A stretch of 64,000 bases of DNA, from positions 306 through 64,305 of the forward strand of contig CALGMJ010000016.1 of NCBI GenBank assembly GCA_937958875.1. Direction: 5' to 3'. Origin of the DNA: an uncultured Verrucomicrobiales bacterium (GTDB taxonomy: Bacteria > Verrucomicrobiota > Verrucomicrobiia > Verrucomicrobiales > Akkermansiaceae). The notes beneath the pieces are model-generated. The model had not been told where the DNA came from. It ran no database searches and saw only the letters and a program-made list of their open reading frames with translations. The position numbers and the translations under genes were made by a program. Positions 9,701-15,951 of this stretch are shown here, in pieces (position 1 is the stretch's first letter; each line of letters opens with the position of its first letter).

Positions 9701-9916
9701 CGCATAGGCTTGCTCGGGGAGATCGAGGCGAAGACCAGCTGAGTTATTTTCTACATCAGGTCCGTGGCAGGCGAAGCACTTGTCAGAGAGAATGGGGCGA
9801 ATGTCCGAATTATACGAGAGCTTCTTCGCCTCTGCATCTGCATGCGGGAGGAGGAAGAGCAGGCCGACTAGCACGAGAAGGCGGCCTGAAAATGGAGTGT
9901 ATACGTAGGATGTCAT
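6731..9916 (-). CDS. PSCyt (CxxCH) / DUF1549 / LamG-like / DUF1553 multidomain protein
   Basis: Signal peptide and the haem-binding-type motif CFACHGPD near the N-terminus. DUF1549-like and DUF1553-like regions flank a concanavalin/LamG-like insert (LKLYLDGNLL...). Confidence 0.85.
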   Translation of the reverse strand: MTSYVYTPFSGRLLVLVGLLFLLPHADAEAKKLSYNSDIRPILSDKCFACHGPDVENNSAGLRLDLPEQAYAKLKESSGHALVPGDAEASVAYQRIISDDPELVMPTPKSKITLSDREKKLIKQWIEEGAEYEPHWSFKALPKEVPLPELTKLASWKKSPIDQFVAAKLEDENLTPSSEADPLRWLRRVHFDLTGLPPQIQDIETFQNLLKTNPAQAYELTIDELLKRPSYGEHLATGWLDAARYADSYGYQSDKLNTQWPYRDWVVKAFNENLPYDKFVTWQLAGDLLEKPTREQHLATAFNRIHRLNNEGGAIFEEWRTENIADRVHTYGTAMLGLTMECSRCHDHKYDPITARDYYSLFSFFNSIDENGMYDRTEKVPSPSLLLPTPNQEKALQEAVQKLTQLKAQEDQLNEQVRKEYEKWAPPSHEALYPDLIAHLDFSQKPSKETYYFAENDHNHSPTIPLVDLGNDRKALPLDGDRGITVAEIKPFDRWTPFTVAIRFQENERKKSRAVLAHTTRGTDAGYNGWDLMLEDGHVESRLYRVWPGNAIGVRTIQPIPAGNLHTLTATYDASSQAKGLKLYLDGNLLEVEILRDEVQKSAAVAVQHGGKFALGYRFRDRGLAGALVDELHLFSRDLTSLEIKHLTQPELLVSKLAETSSPEVSLYFRSAHSPAYRTWRQQRDSTQHDLVLAEEAMQEIPVMKELATPRPAYILARGEYDAPKTEDVRVKRETFEHIGPRFDSYPKDRLGLAQWTLHPDHPLTSRVFVNRLWARFFGAGLVDTPENFGLQGSLPTHPELLDWLARDFISSGWDIKRLCKAIVLSATYRQDSATKPEALENDPANQKLARGAAYRLAAEQIRDLALSASGLMNPDMGGPPVSPYQPGKDLWREANTMSPAYRQSVGKSLYRRSLYSVWKRTAPLPNMMAFDATTREVCSVARSRTNTPLQALVLMNDVQFVEASRELAARAISQNSSESSWVPFSFTVLTGRAPDETESKILQELLQEQLSHYREKPEEAQKLIKHGEQTADPSLEAVPLAALTTVCQAILNLDLTIWRR

Positions 9917-9976
9917 CGGTCAGCTGGGAAATGTCTACCAAGTCTCACCTTACGCCAAAAAAATGTTCATCACCCC

Positions 9977-10022
9977 AAAAAAATGAGCCCCTGACTCTCC
10001 AAAACTAGGAAAGCAGGGGCTC
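9977..10022 (-). terminator. putative rho-independent terminator of sodN
   Basis: 9-bp stem GAGCCCCTG/CAGGGGCTC with a 20-nt loop, followed on the minus strand by a run of seven T. Confidence 0.5.
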
Positions 10023-10049
10023 GAAGTCGTTCTTTCTAGAAAAAGAGTC

Positions 10050-10499
10050 TTATTTTTCTCCGAAGAGATCCATGAAGGTATGGAGTTCGTTATGAAGGAT
10101 TTCGACGGCCTTCGGGTCGGTGGATTGCTTACACTTCATCGCCGCAACGATGAGCTTGTGGCAGGTGGTGAGCTTCTTGTTGTATGACTCTTGATTGGTC
10201 TTAGCTTCAGCAGTTTTTAGACGCTGGGCGAGGAAGTAGTTGAGCACTTTATCTTGAATCGCCTGAGCGTGGGATTCTTTATTCATGATCCAGCGAGTCA
10301 GCTGATGCGCGTTTGCCGCGGGATCTTTTGAGAGTTCTGCGATTTTTTTTGCGGCTTTCTCCACGGTGACGTAATCGGTGTGCATGGCACCGAGGACATT
10401 GTTGTCATCATAAATGCCACATGGAACCTGACAGTGAGCTGAAACGGAGGCCGGAGCGAAAAGGGCGAAGGCGGAAAGGAAGAGAGCAAATCTTTTCAT
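10050..10499 (-). CDS. sodN: nickel superoxide dismutase with a Sec-type signal peptide
   Basis: The Ni-hook HCQVPCGIYD (consensus HCxxPCGxY) comes immediately after the signal-peptide-like MKRFALFLSAFALFAPASVSA. The four-helix-bundle-length remainder resembles Streptomyces SodN. Confidence 0.85.
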   Translation of the reverse strand: MKRFALFLSAFALFAPASVSAHCQVPCGIYDDNNVLGAMHTDYVTVEKAAKKIAELSKDPAANAHQLTRWIMNKESHAQAIQDKVLNYFLAQRLKTAEAKTNQESYNKKLTTCHKLIVAAMKCKQSTDPKAVEILHNELHTFMDLFGEK

Positions 10500-10575
10500 A
10501 TCGAGCTAGAAGTTAGCGGTGAACGAATCAGGCGCAAGTCGCGAGAGTGGTCTTATGCATGTCATTTCATTCATA

Positions 10576-11535
10576 TTAACGTGGGAACTTTTTCAGATAT
10601 TCTGCGATTTCGAGCATCGGAGGGCGTTCTTCTTCGGTGATTTGGGTGGAGATTTCTTCGTATTCGGTGCCATTGGCTTGCAGAGCCCGGTAGATGTCTG
10701 AGATGGCTTCATGCTGAGTCGCCTTTCCATGGGATTCGAGACGGCCGAGGAATGATTGCAGAATGCCGAAGGCCATTTTCCCAAGTGCCGCAGTCGATTG
10801 GTTTCGGTGGACGCGTTGATCCAGATCAGTCTGAGCAAAAGCGCTCATGCCGTATTCATGATAGACATCGAGGATGTGGGAGGTTTCCACTCCATAGCCG
10901 ATGGGGAAGGGGATTTTTTCCAGAACTTCACGCCTCACGGCATACTCACCAGAGAGGGGCTGGAAGAGCTGGGAAAGTTCCGGGTAGAAGAGGGAGAAAA
11001 GAGGGCGGACGAGGATTTCGGTCACCCTTCCGCCACCGGTCGGACGAATGCCCTGCGAAAAGGCGAGAGGACGCTCGTAGAAGGCCTTACAATAATGGAC
11101 TTCCGGGCGGTGGATGAGTGGAGCAACAAGGCCGTAAACAAATCTGGGGTGAATGTTGGCAATGTCGGCATCGACGTAGCAAATGATGTCTCCTTTTAAT
11201 TCATAGACGGCTTTCCAGAGGTTTTCGCCTTTGCCGCGTTTGAAGCCTTGCGAGGGTAAGATGTCTCCCGAGTAGTGAAAGTCGGCTCCGTAGGCTTCAG
11301 AAATTTCGCCAGTGCGATCGGTTGATCCTGAGTCGATGACGGCGAATTCATCGATGAGGGGGAAGCGATCCATGAGGGCGCTTTTAAAAATCACGATCTC
11401 TTTTCCGATCGTTTTTTCCTCATTGAGAGTGGGGATACAGAGGGAGATTTTCAGTCCTGATTCTTCCTTGGCTTTACAGAGAGCTTCGAGGTCTTCGAAA
11501 TCGGAATGATGGTAGGTATTGGTATTGAGCCACAT
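10576..11535 (-). CDS. gpgS: glucosyl-3-phosphoglycerate synthase (GT81)
   Basis: Strong by-eye similarity to mycobacterial GpgS: PTLNEE, DSGSTD, VDADI, GGGRVTE, QPLSGEYA, GYGVE, HRN. Confidence 0.8.
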   Translation of the reverse strand: MWLNTNTYHHSDFEDLEALCKAKEESGLKISLCIPTLNEEKTIGKEIVIFKSALMDRFPLIDEFAVIDSGSTDRTGEISEAYGADFHYSGDILPSQGFKRGKGENLWKAVYELKGDIICYVDADIANIHPRFVYGLVAPLIHRPEVHYCKAFYERPLAFSQGIRPTGGGRVTEILVRPLFSLFYPELSQLFQPLSGEYAVRREVLEKIPFPIGYGVETSHILDVYHEYGMSAFAQTDLDQRVHRNQSTAALGKMAFGILQSFLGRLESHGKATQHEAISDIYRALQANGTEYEEISTQITEEERPPMLEIAEYLKKFPR

Positions 11536-11540
11536 AATGC

Positions 11541-12704
11541 TTAAGCGGAAAAAGTTTCAGTGTTAGATTGGTCGATTTCGAGAATGAGGGCGATGAGCTG
11601 AGTGAGTCCGGTGAAAAGAGGAGGTAGGTCTACCGTTTCTCCCGGTTCATTGAGATGGCGCGCGGTGCTGAGTCCGAGCGTGATGGCTGGGATTTCTTTT
11701 AGGATCAGTGCGGAGAGATCTGAGTAAGATGGTCCAAGGACTGGCGTGATCTCGAGGTCCGAGAGGATTTTACGGTGAGCAGTGACGAATGGGTGGGAAA
11801 AGGGGATGCCACCAGGCTTACGGAGGGCGGAATATTCGATAGTGCATTCCGAGTGGGTGGCTGCGCCGAGTTCCTCTAGGATGCTTTCGATCTGGAGACG
11901 CACGTCGCGAGCACGACCGGGTTCTTCTGAACGGATTTCAAAACGTAAGGTCGCGGTGTCAGGCGGGCGGTTAAAGGTGCGCCCGGAACGAATGGAGCCG
12001 ATAATGAGTGAAGTACGAGGTTCTTGAGGGAGAGGAATTTCGAGAATCTTGCGTAGGATGCGGTGCATCAAGATGATGGCGTTTTCGGACTGTTCCCAGC
12101 GAGAGTTTGGATCTTGCTGCACCTTGCAGGTGATCTCGGCCTGGACCATGCCAAAGCAGGAATGGTTCAGCCGACCGAGGGTGGTTCCTTCGACGACGAT
12201 CCCGGAATGGATCGGGCCTTGGTAGTTATCGAGAAAGAAATGGAGGCCAGCGAGGTCCTTGCTTCCTAGGGAATTAACGTGTGAAAGGAGGAGGAGGTCG
12301 TGACGGAGCTTGATGCCGAGTTTATCTAACAGATCAGGTAGGGCCGCGAGTGCGGCAAGGCCGATGGTATTGTCAGAAAGTCCCATGCCGGTCATTGCTT
12401 CTGAGTCGACATTCACGGTGACTCGCTGATCGGTGGGGATGTCGAGGTGGGTATCTGCGTGAGCAGTGACTAGGATCGGGTTGAGATGTTCAGAACCCCG
12501 GATGAGTCCCTGACAGTTTCCTTCTTCATCAATGGAGATGTGCTCTAGGCTCGATTGAGCAAAACGCTGGGCGACGTATTTATTACGCTTAGCCTCATCT
12601 CCGGTGGAAGCGGGAATTTCACCCAGCATCACCGCATCTGCCAGGTAGAGTTCTTTGTGAGAAAGTAAGGACTGCTGGAGATCAAGGAGTGAGTGTTCTG
12701 GCAT
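11541..12704 (-). CDS. M20 peptidase-family protein (possibly non-catalytic)
   Basis: Has HADTH and GMGLSDNTIG metal-ligand motifs. The usual DEE position reads HVN. Confidence 0.6.
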   Translation of the reverse strand: MPEHSLLDLQQSLLSHKELYLADAVMLGEIPASTGDEAKRNKYVAQRFAQSSLEHISIDEEGNCQGLIRGSEHLNPILVTAHADTHLDIPTDQRVTVNVDSEAMTGMGLSDNTIGLAALAALPDLLDKLGIKLRHDLLLLSHVNSLGSKDLAGLHFFLDNYQGPIHSGIVVEGTTLGRLNHSCFGMVQAEITCKVQQDPNSRWEQSENAIILMHRILRKILEIPLPQEPRTSLIIGSIRSGRTFNRPPDTATLRFEIRSEEPGRARDVRLQIESILEELGAATHSECTIEYSALRKPGGIPFSHPFVTAHRKILSDLEITPVLGPSYSDLSALILKEIPAITLGLSTARHLNEPGETVDLPPLFTGLTQLIALILEIDQSNTETFSA

Positions 12705-12807
12705 AGAGGTATGGTCTTATATGCACTCTTTAGCATCTCGTGGGCCATGTTTCAAAATAGCGAAATCGATCATATGATTTCGGTAGCTTTTCAGGCGTTA
12801 CGATTTC

Positions 12808-12846
12808 ATAAAAAACGGCCACTGGCAGAACCAGTGACCGCTTTTT
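12808..12846 (-). terminator. rho-independent terminator of glnII
   Basis: 10-bp stem CGGCCACTGG/CCAGTGACCG (one mismatch) with a 5-nt loop and a T-run on the minus strand. Confidence 0.7.
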
Positions 12847-12870
12847 AAAATTTTAGAATCCCGTAAGGAC

Positions 12871-13878
12871 CTAGCCCACCTCAGAGATGGTCTTGAGCAC
12901 GCGGGAAGCGATGGCGTATGGGTCACCTTCAGAGTTTGGACGGCGATCTTCAAGATAGCCTTTCCAGTCATTTTTCGCGAAGGAGTGTGGAACCCGGATG
13001 GAAGCGCCACGGTCAGCGATTCCCCATGAGAACTTGTCGATGGACTGAGTCTCGTGGAGGCCGGTGAGGCGCTGGTCATTGTCTGGTCCGTAGACGGCGA
13101 TGTGCTCCATGCAGTTCTTCTCGAACTGAGCCATGAGCTTATCGAAGTATTCCTTACCGCCTTCTTCACGCAGCTTCTCGGTGGAGAAGTTACAGTGCAT
13201 ACCGGAACCGTTCCAGTCACCCTTGAGAGGCTTACAGTGCCAGTTTACGTCGACACCGTACTCTTCACAGAGACGGAGGAGGAGGAAACGTGCGACCCAG
13301 ATCTGGTCAGCAGCACGCTTGGAGCCTTTTCCGAAAACTTGGAATTCCCACTGACCCATGGCCACCTCAGCATTGATGCCTTCGTGGTTGATGCCAGCAT
13401 AGAGACAGAGGTCGAGGTGCTCGTCCACGATTGCGCGGCCGATGTCACCTACGTTCTTGTAGCCAACACCGCAGTAGTATCCGCCCTGAGGCTCAGGATA
13501 TCCACCTTTCGGGAAACCGAGGATGTGGCCGTCTTTCTCGAGGAAGTATTCCTGCTCAAAGCCGAACCATGCGTTTTCGTCGTCGAGAACGGTCGCGCGA
13601 GCGTTTGATGGGTGTGGATTTCCGTCTGGGAGCATGACCTCACACATGACGAGGACACCGTTTTCACGAGTGCCGTCAGGGTACAGAGCCACTGGCTTAA
13701 GGATACAGTCGGAGTCGCCGCCGTCTGCCTGCTGAGTGGAGGAGCCGTCAAAGCCCCATTCAGGGAGCTGATCAAGAGTTGGGAATTCGTCGAATTCCTT
13801 GATGCAGCATTTGGTACGAAGGTTTGGGACGGGCGTGTAGCCGTCCAGCCAGATGTAATCGAGTCGGTATTTAGCCAT
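12871..13878 (-). CDS. glnII: glutamine synthetase type II (eukaryote-like GSII)
   Basis: Has the MAKYRLDYIWLDG N-terminus and GSII-type motifs throughout. The start is taken at the internal Met, because the longer ORF-track form would run into the neighbouring gene. Confidence 0.9.
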   Translation of the reverse strand: MAKYRLDYIWLDGYTPVPNLRTKCCIKEFDEFPTLDQLPEWGFDGSSTQQADGGDSDCILKPVALYPDGTRENGVLVMCEVMLPDGNPHPSNARATVLDDENAWFGFEQEYFLEKDGHILGFPKGGYPEPQGGYYCGVGYKNVGDIGRAIVDEHLDLCLYAGINHEGINAEVAMGQWEFQVFGKGSKRAADQIWVARFLLLRLCEEYGVDVNWHCKPLKGDWNGSGMHCNFSTEKLREEGGKEYFDKLMAQFEKNCMEHIAVYGPDNDQRLTGLHETQSIDKFSWGIADRGASIRVPHSFAKNDWKGYLEDRRPNSEGDPYAIASRVLKTISEVG

Positions 13879-13975
13879 TGGTCTGATTGGTTGCTTGGAA
13901 GAATAGTTTCCAAAAGCGGAAATCCCAGTTGGGTCGAGATTTCCATGCGGAAGAAAGCAAGCATTGTGCCAGCTT

Positions 13976-15184
13976 TTAGACAACATCAAACTCTGCCACA
14001 ATGAGGGTAGTGTCGTCTTTTGGGTCGTTTTCGCAGGCTGTTTCCAGCATTTCTTCAGCGATGACTCGAATTCCATCGTATGCGCCGAAGCGATCTTCGA
14101 TCTGCCGATCCCAGAGCCCATCCATCACTCCATCAGTGCAGAGAAGGAGCCGGGCACCAGGTTCGATGGCGATACAGCCTGTCTGAGGCTGGATCCGGTG
14201 CGGGCCTCCGCCCATCACGTCCGAAAGGCGAGACTTTCGTGGGTCTGTGCGGTAGGCATACTCGGTGATTTCACCGTTTTTAAGGCTGTGCCAGAGGCGG
14301 CAATCATCTTCGGTGAGCTGTTCAATATGCTCGCCATCCTTAAGATAAAGGCGGGAATCACCAACATGGACCCAGTAAAGAGTGGCAGGAGTGATCCAAG
14401 CGAGGGTGAAGGTGGTGCCACAGCCTGAGAGACGAGGGTCTGAAGATGAGAGTGCGAGGAGTCCGTCATGAGTCGCCTTCGTGAGAAGATCTAGGGCACG
14501 TTTACCGCCTGAGCCGCTTTCAATGACTTCATATAGCTCTACGGCATCCTTTTTTAGAAAATTGAGGACAAGGCGGGACGCAAAATCTCCGGCATTTCGT
14601 CCTCCCATGCCATCACAAACTGCTAGCGCTAGGTGGGATGGAGTGAGTAGTTCTTCTCCATATGGGGCGAGGGTGCGATAGCCGTTCGAATCGACACTCA
14701 TCGCCAGATAGCTGTCATCATTTGTGTCATGCTTATGGCCACGGCGGCTCTGGGCGACCCAGCGGGCACGCCAGCATGTGCCACGGGAGATGCTACCACT
14801 CATAGGGTCAGGGAGAATTTCTGAACCTTCAAAGCTCATCAGGCAAAAGCGGCCTAGAGATTCTGAGTAGACGACGTAGCGTGGATCTGGATGGTCATGA
14901 CGGATTCCGAACTGTTCTTCGAGTTCACGAAAAAGAGCCTCCGCTTTATCTACGCTCAAATTCGGCACGATCGCGCCACAATTCGTGGTGATGATCGTTA
15001 ATCTGTCAGCCTGGGCTTCTAGGAGACGAGGGACATTTGGGCAGCCACGTTCTTCTAGGACACGTAGAACATTTTGTTCCTGGTTAAAGCGTTCGTGAGC
15101 ATTAGCGCCGAGGAAACGTTTTTGAACATGCCCCTGAAAATCGATTTTCACACTTGTGTGAATCTCGTCTTGTCCTCCATTCAT
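13976..15184 (-). CDS. PP2C-family Ser/Thr phosphatase with an N-terminal degenerate kinase-like domain
   Basis: PP2C motifs are CDGMGG, HVGDSRLY, CTDGVMD and DDTTLIV. The N-terminal ~130 aa resembles a small kinase-like fold (IRHDHPDPRY, SFEGSE). Confidence 0.8.
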   Translation of the reverse strand: MNGGQDEIHTSVKIDFQGHVQKRFLGANAHERFNQEQNVLRVLEERGCPNVPRLLEAQADRLTIITTNCGAIVPNLSVDKAEALFRELEEQFGIRHDHPDPRYVVYSESLGRFCLMSFEGSEILPDPMSGSISRGTCWRARWVAQSRRGHKHDTNDDSYLAMSVDSNGYRTLAPYGEELLTPSHLALAVCDGMGGRNAGDFASRLVLNFLKKDAVELYEVIESGSGGKRALDLLTKATHDGLLALSSSDPRLSGCGTTFTLAWITPATLYWVHVGDSRLYLKDGEHIEQLTEDDCRLWHSLKNGEITEYAYRTDPRKSRLSDVMGGGPHRIQPQTGCIAIEPGARLLLCTDGVMDGLWDRQIEDRFGAYDGIRVIAEEMLETACENDPKDDTTLIVAEFDVV

Positions 15185-15285
15185 AAATGATTTTTATTGA
15201 TATTTAGAAGTTTCTACCGAGTCAAAGACCTTTATCTATTCAAAGGGTATCTTGACAAGTTCTGGAGTCAGGTAGATTTTGCAGC

Positions 15286-15945
15286 GTGGAAAGGCAAGTG
15301 ATTCCCGGTAAGACAATTTATCGTCTGTCGATTTATAATCGGTGTCTTCGGCGTGTTGAAGAGAACCAGCTGACGACGATTAGTTCGTCTGCACTGGCTA
15401 AGGCTGCGGGAGTGAACCCTTCCCAATTACGGCGGGACTTTACCTATTTGGGGCAGTTTGGAACCCGTGGTCTCGGCTATCCGGTGCAGGAGTTAATGGA
15501 TGCTATTCGTGATGTTCTGGGGCGTGAAAACTTACAGCCAGTGATTTTAGTCGGGGCTGGAAATTTAGGTTCTGCCTTATTGCGTTATCAGGGATTCCAG
15601 AAAGAGGGATTTGAAGTGGTCGCAGCCTTTGACGCGGTGCCAGATGCCGTGATGCAGCGTGAGATCTCTGTTCCGGTCTATGATGTGGATACAATGCCGA
15701 AATTCATTGCTGAGAACGACGTTAAGTTAGCGATTCTTTCCGTTCCAGTAGAGCATGCGCAAGAGGTGGCAAATGAGCTTGTCGATGCTGGGGTGCAGGG
15801 GATTTTAAGTTTTTCTCCGACCGTTCTTCAGGTCCCAGAAACGGTGACCGTCAATAGCGTGGATCTCGCGCTGGAGCTAGAGCAGGTGAGTTTCTTTGTG
15901 AAAAATGAAAAAATCTCAGAGGTAGAGATTGAGCCGACCTCTTAG
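15286..15945 (+). CDS. rex: redox-sensing transcriptional repressor Rex
   Basis: Winged-helix N-terminus RLSIYNRCL...ISSSALAKAAGVNPSQLRRDFTYLGQFGTRGLGY and the Rossmann motif ILVGAGNLGSAL. GTG start. Confidence 0.85.
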   Translation: MERQVIPGKTIYRLSIYNRCLRRVEENQLTTISSSALAKAAGVNPSQLRRDFTYLGQFGTRGLGYPVQELMDAIRDVLGRENLQPVILVGAGNLGSALLRYQGFQKEGFEVVAAFDAVPDAVMQREISVPVYDVDTMPKFIAENDVKLAILSVPVEHAQEVANELVDAGVQGILSFSPTVLQVPETVTVNSVDLALELEQVSFFVKNEKISEVEIEPTS

Positions 15946-15951
15946 GGGGGC

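Noticed and set aside
13054-13964. Antisense and alternative-frame ORFs of 170-184 aa inside glnII
   Set aside because: They overlap the conserved GSII frame, and their products are low-complexity (Thr/Ser/Val/Glu-rich).
12871-14121. N-terminally extended versions of several ORF-track entries: glnII to 14121, FGE to 42076, argD to 46770, HAD from 35626, DUF4250 from 39638, lptD to 26760, DUF1501 to 6776, helicase-C from 2323
   Set aside because: The extensions overlap neighbouring genes or terminators and add non-homologous residues before well-conserved N-termini. Internal Met starts give the expected protein lengths, often with ATGA coupling or sensible spacing.
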